DNA of 63,199 nt from a virus (IMGVR_UViG_3300042484_002353:1-63199); one strand, 5' to 3'. Positions 18,919 through 28,471 are shown, counted from the first letter of the stretch. Notes: generated by a model from the letters alone, not told the origin. A program made the numbers and translations.

Positions 18919-19773
18919 TCATGGTGATGGTGTTATGTCGTCGCCCAGACTCCAAGGCACTGAGGTCTGAGCCGCTGAATATTGCTGTATCAATCTCGTG
19001 GCATTGTCTCGACGTGCCGATGAAATCGTGATTCCGCAAAATTCAATTATGTCGTTCAATTGGGTGATTATTTTACCGCTGTAGATGTCGCTAAAATTGA
19101 TGTTCAGGACATTACTTTGACTTGCCATGGCCGTACTTATCGAGCTAAATCTTTTGGAAGTCTGATTATTTAGCCATCGAGTTATAAAACTCATGTTTCT
19201 GACATCGCCCCACTGGACGTCTTCCATCGTGATCGTACCCAGGTGCCTGGGCCACTCCCTGTGCAACAGGTTAACCAATGTTCTCAAATCTTCATAACGA
19301 GATTCCTGTATTATGTTTTTGGTTACCCAATTATAACTGATCTGGTCCAGGTCCTGGTCATCGAACGTGATGTTAATTACACGACTGCTGGGCCAAGCCC
19401 TGAGCAGGGATTCGGGATTGTAAATATGTCCAGACAATATAAACATATCAGGTTCTGGCATACCATTGAATTCTTTCCCAAATTTTATGGTATTACGAAA
19501 AAAATCCGCACCAGCTTGTATATGATCATCAGATTGGTGTAGTTGGCGCATGCCGTTGTACTGATCATATTGATCAGTGGGACTGTCTTTCTGATTATAG
19601 TTGTGATGTTGATCCCATTCTGAATTCAGATGGGCACGATGTGATTCCACCAATTCTATAGGCTCAATAAGTGATGACAGCAGTGTACATAAAAATCTAC
19701 CACCTGTGCCCGGGAAGTACCTGACGATGATTATGGGCTGCATAGATTGGGTAATAGTATGTCTTGTATCCAT
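18919..19773 (-). CDS. Hypothetical protein with sulfotransferase-like N-terminus
   Basis: IIVRYFPGTGGRFL motif. Confidence 0.45.
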   Translation of the reverse strand: MDTRHTITQSMQPIIIVRYFPGTGGRFLCTLLSSLIEPIELVESHRAHLNSEWDQHHNYNQKDSPTDQYDQYNGMRQLHQSDDHIQAGADFFRNTIKFGKEFNGMPEPDMFILSGHIYNPESLLRAWPSSRVINITFDDQDLDQISYNWVTKNIIQESRYEDLRTLVNLLHREWPRHLGTITMEDVQWGDVRNMSFITRWLNNQTSKRFSSISTAMASQSNVLNINFSDIYSGKIITQLNDIIEFCGITISSARRDNATRLIQQYSAAQTSVPWSLGDDITPSP

Positions 19774-20387
19774 GCCTGATGTACAGCAGTACTGGGCTGT
19801 ACTTCTGTGTCACGTATATCCACGAACCGTTCCTGACGACTATAATGTTCCATGCCACGACCAGGCTCGTGCCAGATCCAATGACCCCAATCAATGTCTG
19901 CATCAGGATAACATTCCACATCATATGTGCTGAAAAATTTAAAGGGAATCGATCGATTTTGTAATATGGCAGTCAGACTGATGATGTAATTGCGGGTCCT
20001 ACTCAGTGCCTGCTGTCGGCCTATATATTCTGAGTGATATTGACGTACATAATTCTGGGTGCTGGCATTACTAAGCCACCATTGATTTTTGTTTATTGGG
20101 TACAAATTGTGATAATATACCTCATCTTGCAATGCAGTATCACGTTTATCCACAGTATCAATGATGAGATCCAATCTCTGACTCTGTGCCCATTGCACAA
20201 CTACCAGATCTGGACGTTGCTGTTCAATGGCAAACAACACTGAATTGAAGATGAATTCATTGCCAGCTGCTGGTTTTCCCAAATTGATTAATTGGGCGCC
20301 AGGTATTGATTGTTGTAGAAGAGCAGGCCACATGGGCCATATGTGATTGGCAGCAAATCCGTCGCCAGCAGTGATAATTAATTTCAT
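19731..20387 (-). CDS. SGNH-hydrolase-like protein with degenerate catalytic motif
   Basis: AGDGFA (GDS-like but lacking Ser), AAGN, VVQW and QPSTAVH. Confidence 0.5.
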   Translation of the reverse strand: MKLIITAGDGFAANHIWPMWPALLQQSIPGAQLINLGKPAAGNEFIFNSVLFAIEQQRPDLVVVQWAQSQRLDLIIDTVDKRDTALQDEVYYHNLYPINKNQWWLSNASTQNYVRQYHSEYIGRQQALSRTRNYIISLTAILQNRSIPFKFFSTYDVECYPDADIDWGHWIWHEPGRGMEHYSRQERFVDIRDTEVQPSTAVHQAWIQDILLPNLCSP

Positions 20388-20443
20388 AATTGATTCGTGG
20401 GGTAAATACTTGATAAACTACATATAACTATATATAACTACTT

Positions 20444-21019
20444 ATGACAATTGATCAACAATATTTAAATAACTATTTTAACACCGTATGGCGTGGACGT
20501 CAACGAAGTCTAGACCAATATCAATATTCCGGCTGGGAGTTGATTGGCAAAGTCAGACCCGGTGAGCGTGTGATTGACATTGGCTGTGGCGATCATCCAT
20601 TTAAAGAACGCATTGCTAACCTGGTGGGAATTGACCCTGCTTTCCCTGAAGCTGACTATCAGCTGACCCTGGAAGAGTTTGTCAGACTACACTATGCACA
20701 GAAGTTCAATGTGGCTTTCTGTCTGGGCAGCATAAACTTTGGCACCCAGGAGGAAATTGAGCATCAGATATCACTGGTCAAACGAACTCTGAGAGAGCGT
20801 AATAGCCGCATATACTGGAGGTGCAATCCCGGGCAGAAAGATCATGGCAATGCAGAGTGTAATGAAATAGACTTCTATCCCTGGACATTTGATGAGCACA
20901 TCAGGCTTGCTGAGTTGTTTGGCTTTACTGTGGTGGCACTGGAGTGGGACTCTAACAACAGGATATATGCCGAGTGGTTCAGCAACAATTCCGACACATT
21001 ACTCAACACTGGTAATTGA
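20444..21019 (+). CDS. Class I SAM-dependent methyltransferase
   Basis: VIDIGCG, GIDP and LGSINF motifs. Confidence 0.75.
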   Translation: MTIDQQYLNNYFNTVWRGRQRSLDQYQYSGWELIGKVRPGERVIDIGCGDHPFKERIANLVGIDPAFPEADYQLTLEEFVRLHYAQKFNVAFCLGSINFGTQEEIEHQISLVKRTLRERNSRIYWRCNPGQKDHGNAECNEIDFYPWTFDEHIRLAELFGFTVVALEWDSNNRIYAEWFSNNSDTLLNTGN

Positions 21020-21121
21020 CAGCATAGCTTAATACTTATCTAAATCTCTACGACTTATATACGCTGTTAAAAGCCCGGGTAATCCGGGCTTAAATATTCT
21101 TAACATCAGTGAACAACTGGT

Positions 21122-21928
21122 GTGACAATAATCCAGGAGGCACAATTGTCCAAGCGTAGAAATAATCGAGCAACACAAGAAGTTTCACACTACACAACAC
21201 CATTGACACACAATAGAAATTATCACAGAGCCCCACCACCGGAACATTTAACTCTGGTCAATGATAACTTTCATCAACGCAGACGTATTGAATTAATACC
21301 CAAAAGCCTCAACCAAGAAACCTACATAGACCTACTCACAGATCCCGAAAAGTTAATTATTTTTGCCACCGGTCCTGCTGGTACTGGTAAGACGATGTTA
21401 GCTGTCATGGCCGCGATTAAAGCATTGAAAGAAGGGGAGTGCAAAAAGATAGTACTGACACGGCCCGCCGTAGGCGTGGACGACGAAAAGCATGGCTTCC
21501 TGCCAGGTGACCTGAATGCAAAAATGGAACCCTGGTGTATACCACTATTCGATGTTATAAATGAATATTACAATACCAGAGAAGTAGCAAAAATGCTAGA
21601 AGAAAAAACAATTGAAATAGCACCACTAGCATTTTTGAGAGGACGAAATTTAAAGAATGCGTTCGTAATTTGCGATGAAATGCAAAACGCAACAGTTAAC
21701 CAAATGAAAATGGTTCTTACTCGACTCGCCGAAAACTCTAAGATGGTAATAACTGGAGACCTAAAACAGATGGACCGTAAGTATTGTACCGACAATGGAC
21801 TACAAGACTTTATTGCCCGGTTGCAGTCTGCAGGCAGCAATCGGATTGCCACTGTGGATTTTGCTCGTAAAGATGTTCAACGTCATCCTGTTGTTTCGGA
21901 GGTGCTAAAATTATACGGCGAAGATTAA
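21122..21928 (+). CDS. phoH: PhoH family ATPase
   Basis: GPAGTGKT, GFLPGDL, RGR, DEMQN, LTRL and GDLKQ motifs. Confidence 0.93.
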   Translation: MTIIQEAQLSKRRNNRATQEVSHYTTPLTHNRNYHRAPPPEHLTLVNDNFHQRRRIELIPKSLNQETYIDLLTDPEKLIIFATGPAGTGKTMLAVMAAIKALKEGECKKIVLTRPAVGVDDEKHGFLPGDLNAKMEPWCIPLFDVINEYYNTREVAKMLEEKTIEIAPLAFLRGRNLKNAFVICDEMQNATVNQMKMVLTRLAENSKMVITGDLKQMDRKYCTDNGLQDFIARLQSAGSNRIATVDFARKDVQRHPVVSEVLKLYGED

Positions 21929-21976
21929 AATAAACACATAACCCGGTGGCTAAATATCCAGTCACCGGAGTTATTC

Positions 21977-22246
21977 ATGCCTGACTTCAATAAATTAAAA
22001 CATACTCTGTTTATAACCACCATCTTGGGATACATCCAGGAACATCGTGCTGAAGTATTGGCCAGATTGCTGGCACAACATAATTCACCCTGGGAGTATT
22101 CACCTGAGGTGGATCCTGATCTATTATTATGGGCACAAGTTGAGCAACAATTTTTACAGTTGATGTCTGCACAAACTAATCAGATACCTGATATTGATCT
22201 CGATCATCCCAGAGAGTTTTTTGATAATATTGTGTGTTTTAGATGA
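21977..22246 (+). CDS. Hypothetical protein
   Basis: GGAG RBS and upstream TAAATA. Confidence 0.6.
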   Translation: MPDFNKLKHTLFITTILGYIQEHRAEVLARLLAQHNSPWEYSPEVDPDLLLWAQVEQQFLQLMSAQTNQIPDIDLDHPREFFDNIVCFR

Positions 22247-23334
22247 ATTTACCATCAGTTGTTTCATACTCCAGCTCTTTTTCAAAATTGTTTTTACCAG
22301 CCATTGGCGTTGCAGTACGGAATGCTGAGTACGACTTAATTGCTCGTATATGCACATCCATGTGTTTTGATCCCAAGGCTGATCAGATTATTGCCAGAGT
22401 TCCGGGTTGGGATCGGCCATTTGGCACGGACATCATACGACCATTTGTCAGAATTGATGGTGACATAACATTTCATGACGCCATGATGGTCAGAATCACC
22501 GACATACTATCCAGAAATAAGAATATTAAAATGTTATGGTCTGGTGGCATAGACAGCACAGTGATATTGACCTATCTGATGAATCACGCCACCAGTCTGG
22601 ATCAGATCACAGTCTACTACACGCCTGAAAGCATTGCTGAAAATCCCCACTACATGGAGTACATTGATAAATTTGGAGTCCGTACAGTACGTTTGGACCA
22701 GGTCTGGAAAGATCTGTTTGCTGCTGATGATTTAATCGTGACTGGGGGGCACGGTGACACAATATGTGCTCAACCCAATGTGGATTTTTATGATAACTAC
22801 CGGGATTGGTTCCCCAGACCCTGGCAAGATTTTTTAAAATTTAGAAATCTCAATCAAGCTGAAATTGATTTGTTATCACTCAAATTAGCTGAATTTTCCA
22901 TGCCTATTACAACACTGAGCGAGTTGCATTGGTGGGTGCAAAACTGCATAACCGGCCAATTCTGGGCCTGTCATTATAAAATTTACAACTTAGAAAACAT
23001 TGGGGTTGATGCCACTGTACCATTTTTTGACTGCTATGTATTTGATCAATGGAGTCAAAGTCATTTTAAAACAATAAATTACACTACTCCATTCTCATTG
23101 AAAGAAGAATATCGCCGGGCCATCAATACATATTGGCAGAATGACGAATATTTCAAAACCAAAGTTAAAGTCAACAGTCGCCATGGGCAGCCTTGGATAC
23201 ATAGAAGAATAATATTACATCAACAGCAATATTTGTTTATGTATCGAAAAGATGGTGAATTCAAAACATTCAGACAGACCGATTATCCCATAATGAATAT
23301 AGACCGTATCATGTCGGAGATCTCAATGCTATGA
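22243..23334 (+). CDS. PP-loop adenine nucleotide alpha-hydrolase (asparagine synthase-like)
   Basis: LWSGGIDST, VTGGHGD and PFF motifs. Confidence 0.7.
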   Translation: MNLPSVVSYSSSFSKLFLPAIGVAVRNAEYDLIARICTSMCFDPKADQIIARVPGWDRPFGTDIIRPFVRIDGDITFHDAMMVRITDILSRNKNIKMLWSGGIDSTVILTYLMNHATSLDQITVYYTPESIAENPHYMEYIDKFGVRTVRLDQVWKDLFAADDLIVTGGHGDTICAQPNVDFYDNYRDWFPRPWQDFLKFRNLNQAEIDLLSLKLAEFSMPITTLSELHWWVQNCITGQFWACHYKIYNLENIGVDATVPFFDCYVFDQWSQSHFKTINYTTPFSLKEEYRRAINTYWQNDEYFKTKVKVNSRHGQPWIHRRIILHQQQYLFMYRKDGEFKTFRQTDYPIMNIDRIMSEISML

Positions 23335-23714
23335 ACACCACTTTAAAAATAGTATTGGCAGGCAGTCATATACCCATGTCGTGCAAGTCGAATGATGGCA
23401 TACAGTATTTTGAAATCGTTGATTCCTGCACACTTCAGTGGGATTTGGATTTGTCACAGCAGACTCAGATAGTGTTAGAGCAAACTACACAACAGCCAGG
23501 ATTCTTTTACATACAGCAGGTATCGTTGGGTGCCATTGATATCACAAAGATCATGCACTATCATGACATATGCAGAACGCTGAATCGTGACACTGGTCAG
23601 GAATTTGCAAAGTTTGTGCCGGACGTAGGAAGTCCGGACCAGGTGGTAATCACCATGGGTCCGGACATTTATCACATACTACAACGTTACCCCACTGACT
23701 TACGTGTTCTTTAA
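23331..23714 (+). CDS. Hypothetical protein
   Basis: ATGA-coupled to the upstream gene. Confidence 0.55.
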   Translation: MNTTLKIVLAGSHIPMSCKSNDGIQYFEIVDSCTLQWDLDLSQQTQIVLEQTTQQPGFFYIQQVSLGAIDITKIMHYHDICRTLNRDTGQEFAKFVPDVGSPDQVVITMGPDIYHILQRYPTDLRVL

Positions 23715-24022
23715 ACCATCAACAGGGCCCAGACGGCCGTCTGTTCTAAATCCTGTTCGAACTCTGGATAGACATTGTCCAGATCAGTTTTATCGACTCG
23801 TTTATATCCTTTGTCGACCTTTTTATCAATCAGGCGATGCATGTCGTATGCACTGGCGTGAACAATCTTGTGCTGTAGCGTCTTACCGCGGCGACCCCAC
23901 ACAGTGGCATAGGGTCGATTGACTACCCAGTTGCTGCCTCCCTCGGACAGATCAATCACAATCCAGACCTTGTCCTGGTTCTTGACTTCATCCCTGCACC
24001 ATCCAATAAATTCATATTTCAT
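23711..24022 (-). CDS. WGR-domain-like protein
   Basis: DKVW...WGRRG...KKVDKGY pattern. Confidence 0.65.
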   Translation of the reverse strand: MKYEFIGWCRDEVKNQDKVWIVIDLSEGGSNWVVNRPYATVWGRRGKTLQHKIVHASAYDMHRLIDKKVDKGYKRVDKTDLDNVYPEFEQDLEQTAVWALLMV

Positions 24023-24025
24023 ACG

Positions 24026-24469
24026 TCACCAGCTGGAGTTGTAAAATACACGTAGCCCGCAAAATAATTCTGCTCGGGCAAATTTGATAAATTCTAAATC
24101 TTGTGGTTGGTAATATTCGTCGCTGGCATTGCCAAAGAAGAACCCAGTGGTGGTGGGCAACGTGCCTGCAGTCACGGCTTGTTCCAGTCTGTCCAGATCA
24201 TCCCAGGTCAGCTCAACCTCCACTCCATTAAAACTTGTTTCCAGGTGAGCTCCAGGATCCTTTTCCTGCCAAAGACGTTCCATCCACCCATGCAGATTAG
24301 GGTGTTTGCGCCAGTAGGCCAATTCCCTGGGCTTTGTGGCTTCAATTTCGGACTCGGCTTTGACTCTGACATCACCTTCAATGTCAGAGTCATTGAGTAG
24401 CTCTATTGGTTCTTCTTGCACATGCACACTTGCACGGGCTGCCACATATGCGTATTGATCTAAACCCAC
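24026..24469 (-). CDS. Hypothetical phage protein
   Basis: MGLDQY...YWRKHPNLHGWM...GFFFG...YNSSW; RBS upstream. Confidence 0.65.
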   Translation of the reverse strand: MGLDQYAYVAARASVHVQEEPIELLNDSDIEGDVRVKAESEIEATKPRELAYWRKHPNLHGWMERLWQEKDPGAHLETSFNGVEVELTWDDLDRLEQAVTAGTLPTTTGFFFGNASDEYYQPQDLEFIKFARAELFCGLRVFYNSSW

Positions 24470-24487
24470 GTTAAACTTCCTTGTTGA

Positions 24488-25147
24488 TTATTTTTTAAAC
24501 TTCACATAGTGCAGATTGGTGCAGGGCAGATTGCCATGACGCCCCAGTGTGGTATGTCCTTTGACACGGGCTTTAATTTTGACAGTGCCTTCCACACGTT
24601 CGTTGGTCCAGAAACTCACAGCATTGCCTGCTGCATCTTGTCCCAGCACCACATATCTGTTGGCTTCGCGAATAAATTTAGTGTCCAGTGCCTGGAATTC
24701 CATCTCGATGCCCTTGCCAGTGGTGCCAATATAACGGCTGTCATGCAGGGCCTGGCGTATTGATTGTGCATGGTCGTCATTCTTACTGAGATCGTCTGCC
24801 AGCTTGGGAGCCCAGGCCAGGATACCAAAGTCGCTGCTGCTGGCTGTTTCCTTTTCCAACAGTCCGGCCACACTTAAAAAGAATGGGCTATTGCTGCGGC
24901 CGGCCAGAGTATCCATCATGTTGCGTTGGCGAACATAGTCCATGACCTCTTGTGCTCGATCCAGATCTGCTGGAGTAACATCTAGTAATTCAGCGCCAGA
25001 AAAATGATCCAGCAACATGGTCTTGCTGGTTTTGCTGGTGTCGTTTAACTCTGATTTCTTGACCGTGTTGCCCATCAGGCGGTATACGGTACAAGCCGCT
25101 GCTACAGCATCCAATGTGGGTGTTCGAAATTTTTTATATTGAGCCAT
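24488..25147 (-). CDS. Hypothetical protein with a possible C-terminal OB fold
   Basis: YIG..G...VK.H...TNL.YVK pattern; TTGACA-18-TATACT promoter at 25176-25205. Confidence 0.55.
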   Translation of the reverse strand: MAQYKKFRTPTLDAVAAACTVYRLMGNTVKKSELNDTSKTSKTMLLDHFSGAELLDVTPADLDRAQEVMDYVRQRNMMDTLAGRSNSPFFLSVAGLLEKETASSSDFGILAWAPKLADDLSKNDDHAQSIRQALHDSRYIGTTGKGIEMEFQALDTKFIREANRYVVLGQDAAGNAVSFWTNERVEGTVKIKARVKGHTTLGRHGNLPCTNLHYVKFKK

Positions 25148-25194
25148 GATCTTTGCCTTTGTTTACAATACTGCCAGTATAGCACTTTTCCAAA

Positions 25195-25341
25195 TTATTT
25201 GTCAAGCCAGGCCTGTGCATTGCGATCCCAGAACTGGCTGAATTCTCGTACAGTTGCCGCAGGGTGTGCCTGAATGAATTCATCACGCTGAACCAGGTTA
25301 TCAAACCAGTGTGCTTGATTGTTGAGATAGACTTTGTACAT
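25195..25341 (-). CDS. Small hypothetical protein
   Basis: Reads MYKVYLNNQAHWF...; coupled downstream of 25343-25525. Confidence 0.5.
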   Translation of the reverse strand: MYKVYLNNQAHWFDNLVQRDEFIQAHPAATVREFSQFWDRNAQAWLDK

Positions 25342-25342
25342 G

Positions 25343-25525
25343 TCATTCTTCAACTCCGAAATGTTTTTCGATGTACTGGGCAGAGTCATCGTTTCTATTG
25401 GAAATACAAATATTAATACATTCTTCGACAATCAACTCGGCGAACTTTTCACAGAATTCTCTTTCCGACAAATCACCATAGAGAATACATGCCTCGCCAT
25501 ATATCTTCTCAATTTGTTCGTTCAT
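25343..25525 (-). CDS. Small hypothetical protein (MNE.I...KFAELIV family), paralogue of 54552-54899
   Basis: Both share MNEQI and EKFAELIV.ECI. Confidence 0.6.
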   Translation of the reverse strand: MNEQIEKIYGEACILYGDLSEREFCEKFAELIVEECINICISNRNDDSAQYIEKHFGVEE

Positions 25526-25695
25526 TCTTCGTCCTCATAATCTTCACAATAATCTTCAGGATGACCTTGGTCAGGACCGGTGTAATGTGGGTTGCGTTCC
25601 CATGTGTCATAGTTGGACAGTACCCACTGCTGATCTGATCGATCCTGCCCCACTGTCCACACCCACTCACGCACTGCTTCTTGCATGAAACTCAT
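25522..25695 (-). CDS. Small acidic hypothetical protein
   Basis: Not in the ORF track. GGAG RBS; reads MSFMQEAVREWVW...YEDEE. Confidence 0.6.
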   Translation of the reverse strand: MSFMQEAVREWVWTVGQDRSDQQWVLSNYDTWERNPHYTGPDQGHPEDYCEDYEDEE

Positions 25696-25711
25696 GTTTG
25701 GCTCCAGTTAA

Positions 25712-25858
25712 TTAAGCGGCACGTTGTAAACGTCCCAGTAACATAGCGGTGTACAGTTTAGCCTTGAGCTCTGCACGTACTGCCTGCTCTGCTGCTGTCA
25801 GTATACGTGGTTGCTGCACCACTGGGATACGGCGGGGTTTAACGATTACTTTACGCAT
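25712..25858 (-). CDS. Small basic hypothetical protein
   Basis: Not in the ORF track. AAGGA RBS; reads MRKVIVKPRRIP...LQRAA. Confidence 0.55.
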   Translation of the reverse strand: MRKVIVKPRRIPVVQQPRILTAAEQAVRAELKAKLYTAMLLGRLQRAA

Positions 25859-25878
25859 GTTGCTTCCTTGTTTAATGC

Positions 25879-26091
25879 TTACTTAAAGGGTGTGTAGTCT
25901 TTGGGGTGACGCAACCCAGTATTAGGGTCGCACAACTCGCTCAAGTCCCACTGAGCATACTGCTGTTGCAGTACCTGACAGTTCTGCAACAGCTCAACGT
26001 CTGTCAACAGCCCCGAGGTATGCAGTTTGATAATGCTAACAAGCTCGCGGTTAAGCTCGTTAATGTTAGTCTGCTTATGCCATTTAGTCAT
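25879..26091 (-). CDS. Hypothetical protein, tandem paralogue A
   Basis: ELVSIIKLHTSGLLTDVELLQNCQ, similar to the next gene. Confidence 0.65.
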   Translation of the reverse strand: MTKWHKQTNINELNRELVSIIKLHTSGLLTDVELLQNCQVLQQQYAQWDLSELCDPNTGLRHPKDYTPFK

Positions 26092-26094
26092 TAA

Positions 26095-26307
26095 CTACTC
26101 CTTGCTGACAAAGGGGTTACTGGTGTACTGGATACCACTGCCATCGTACAGTTGGGTTACGTCCAACTTAGCGTACAAGTCCTGCAGGGTTTGGCAGCAC
26201 TGCAACAGCTCAATGTCTGTAATCAACCCAGTTGAGTACTGACGCACAATGCTCAAGAGCTCAACGTGCAGCTCTGCATTGTGGGTGGGTTTGCGGGCTT
26301 TAGTCAT
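26095..26307 (-). CDS. Hypothetical protein, tandem paralogue B
   Basis: ELLSIVRQYSTGLITDIELLQCCQ. Confidence 0.65.
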   Translation of the reverse strand: MTKARKPTHNAELHVELLSIVRQYSTGLITDIELLQCCQTLQDLYAKLDVTQLYDGSGIQYTSNPFVSKE

Positions 26308-26337
26308 CTACTGCTCCATTTCATTTACGGTACAACT

Positions 26338-26392
26338 ATTATACAATTAAATGAATTTCAGGTCTACCGAAAGATGTTGTTTTTACGCAACA
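26338..26392 (-). promoter_or_regulatory. Repeated early promoter cassette with TGTTG-N8-CAACA palindrome
   Basis: TAGACC...TG-TATAAT with palindrome at 26375-26392; near-identical to 27339-27393. Confidence 0.75.
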
Positions 26393-26397
26393 CTTTT

Positions 26398-26655
26398 TCA
26401 ATATTCTGCTGTGATTTTATCTGTCGCAGGATCGTATGACACGCAAACGACTGTGTAGTCAAGCTCACGGAATTCATTCAAGAACATGGCATCGTAGATA
26501 AATCTGTAATCTGAAGGCTCCGGAGCAGCCAGGCTACGGAATGTGGTGTTGATAAAGCTATCACCAGAGTATCCCGACTCTTGAATGATGCTGGTCAATT
26601 GATCAGCTGTGATGTTCATCAGTTGGTGTAATTTGGTTGCTTTCAACATGGTCAA
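26398..26655 (-). CDS. Hypothetical protein
   Basis: GGAG RBS; 85 aa. Confidence 0.55.
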   Translation of the reverse strand: MTMLKATKLHQLMNITADQLTSIIQESGYSGDSFINTTFRSLAAPEPSDYRFIYDAMFLNEFRELDYTVVCVSYDPATDKITAEY

Positions 26656-26673
26656 CTCCGTATTAAATTAAAT

Positions 26674-27309
26674 TTAACCCCAGAACAAGCCAAAACGCTT
26701 GGCGCAAACTGGGCCATATCCCACCTGGGTGCTGCGCTGGTCCTTGAGACCATGGTTACAGAAACTGCAACCGCCTGTCAGGCGCCCATAACGTCCCGCA
26801 GTCTCTGCAGGGTTCTCGCTGAACTCTTTGACCAGCTGGCACACTTCCTGGGTAGCTGCGCCAGTGGCAAAGAACTCGCCCGTGGTGTCCACACGACCAA
26901 AGAACTTGTTTTGCCCAAACGGGGCACCGTCAGTGATCAGGATCTGGCCCACGTACTTGCTCATGGCGCCAGCACGGTGGATCACCACAGCCTGGCCAGT
27001 GGCTGTCTGCAGTTTGATCTTGATACGCTTGAGGGATTTGCTGGCCAGGTCAAACAGATCCTGGATGGGTTTGAAGTCCACAGTGACCAGGGCCACAGGC
27101 TCAGGGCGTGGTTGCGCCGCACGTTGGGTCAGAGTCTGTACCCAGGGCATCTGCTTGTCGCTCAGGCGACCGTAGCGATTGAACCCCTGGATCAGGGAGC
27201 CTGCAAACTCAGCGTCCTTACGACTCAGCTGGCCTACAACAGCAACCAATGCATCAACGGCCACTTTCTGGGCTGGATTCACTGCCTGGGGTTTACGGTT
27301 TGCGTACAT
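26674..27309 (-). CDS. Protein with C-terminal DUF6011-like Cys (Zn) motif
   Basis: YGRLTGGCSFCNHGL.D.RS..VGYGPVCA. Confidence 0.65.
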   Translation of the reverse strand: MYANRKPQAVNPAQKVAVDALVAVVGQLSRKDAEFAGSLIQGFNRYGRLSDKQMPWVQTLTQRAAQPRPEPVALVTVDFKPIQDLFDLASKSLKRIKIKLQTATGQAVVIHRAGAMSKYVGQILITDGAPFGQNKFFGRVDTTGEFFATGAATQEVCQLVKEFSENPAETAGRYGRLTGGCSFCNHGLKDQRSTQVGYGPVCAKRFGLFWG

Positions 27310-27338
27310 AACTGCTCCTTATCATTTACAATACAACT

Positions 27339-27393
27339 ATTATACAATTAAATGATTTTCGGGTCTACCGAAAGATGTTGTATTAAAACAACA
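27339..27393 (-). promoter_or_regulatory. Repeated early promoter cassette with TGTTG-N8-CAACA palindrome
   Basis: Second copy; palindrome at 27376-27393. Confidence 0.75.
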
Positions 27394-27402
27394 CCTTTCC
27401 AA

Positions 27403-27729
27403 TTAACGTACTGGAACCCATTCTGTTTTTAACTTCAGTCGGCGAACTCGGCCTGTCTTGCAACTGAACCAGTCGGGGTCACGCCCGTCTGCATCACCAA
27501 AGTGGTTGTAAACCTCGCCACGCCCGTATTCTTTCACATGAGCATTTACCGCGTCAGCCATTTCTGGGGTGATACCCAGTCGACTGTACTTGAATTCTTT
27601 TTTGATGCGGGCCATATCTTTGGTTGCTGCTTCACGCTTCTTCTTTTCTTCAGGAGTTGGTGTCCAGTATGTGTCTTTTGGGTGACCCACTTCTGATCCC
27701 CTGGGGATTGACGTTTTAGTGGCTTTCAT
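27403..27729 (-). CDS. Hypothetical protein
   Basis: AAGGA RBS; 108 aa. Confidence 0.6.
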   Translation of the reverse strand: MKATKTSIPRGSEVGHPKDTYWTPTPEEKKKREAATKDMARIKKEFKYSRLGITPEMADAVNAHVKEYGRGEVYNHFGDADGRDPDWFSCKTGRVRRLKLKTEWVPVR

Positions 27730-27748
27730 GATCTTTCCTTTTTCTGCT

Positions 27749-28132
27749 TTAGTCTAAAATTGCAGCACGTTCAGCAACAGCTTCTGCCATGTACCGATCG
27801 TAGTTGGCCTTGTGTTCCTCATGCATCTTGTGCAGGTCTGCCACGGCATTTGCCAGTTCCTCCATTGTGCGGGTACCGTATCCAGCTACGCTTTTGTGAA
27901 CATAAGACCCTGCTGGACCAGCACCGTGATACTTCATTTCAAAACAAGTGCCGTCACGTGGAAGGTCCATACTAAAACGTGTCAACTCAATGGTACCGAT
28001 GTGACTGCCGGCTGCTGAGTAATATTTCAGCGTGGGCAATGTAGCAAAATCCAGTGGAGTCAATGTCTTCACTGCTGGGACTGCTTTGGCTTTTCTCATT
28101 TTCTGCTCCTGTTTGTTTACTACCATACACAT
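27749..28132 (-). CDS. Hypothetical protein (likely start MRKAK near 28099)
   Basis: AGGAG RBS before MRKAK. Confidence 0.55.
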   Translation of the reverse strand: MCMVVNKQEQKMRKAKAVPAVKTLTPLDFATLPTLKYYSAAGSHIGTIELTRFSMDLPRDGTCFEMKYHGAGPAGSYVHKSVAGYGTRTMEELANAVADLHKMHEEHKANYDRYMAEAVAERAAILD

Positions 28133-28133
28133 A

Positions 28134-28221
28134 GTATAGTATTAATGGATTTTCCTGTCTAGAAATGATTCATGAAAAAGCCCTGAAATCAGGGCTTAAA
28201 AAGTGTTGTTTTTGTGCAACA
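28134..28221 (-). promoter_or_regulatory. Palindrome, terminator hairpin and early promoter cassette
   Basis: TGTTG-N8-CAACA at 28204-28221; AGCCCTG-ATTT-CAGGGCT-TTTT hairpin; TAGACA-17-TATACT. Confidence 0.75.
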
Positions 28222-28228
28222 GTTTATC

Positions 28229-28471
28229 CTACTGTCGACCACGCCGATTTATGGATTGATGAACAGCACTGAGGTAGGCAGTTTGATTGGTGAGTCGGCG
28301 CTCCAAATCATCCACTCTGCGCTGCAATCGGTCAATGGTTTCCGACTGCTGTTCCATGGTGACTTTGGTGTCCTTGAGAACCTTTTCATGACTCAGCAGA
28401 TTGGGGCGTGGTGGAGCATCTGGGTCCACTGCCCGTTTCTTTTTGACTTTGTACATGCTGAATTGGTTCAT
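28229..28471 (-). CDS. Small coiled-coil protein
   Basis: TATAAATA only 6 nt upstream, so the mRNA may be near-leaderless. Confidence 0.6.
   Translation of the reverse strand: MNQFSMYKVKKKRAVDPDAPPRPNLLSHEKVLKDTKVTMEQQSETIDRLQRRVDDLERRLTNQTAYLSAVHQSINRRGRQ

Noticed and set aside
26338-28221. Repeated intergenic sequences as a possible CRISPR array
   Set aside because: The copies are about 1 kb apart, separated by whole genes, and contain -35/-10 boxes. No cas genes are present.
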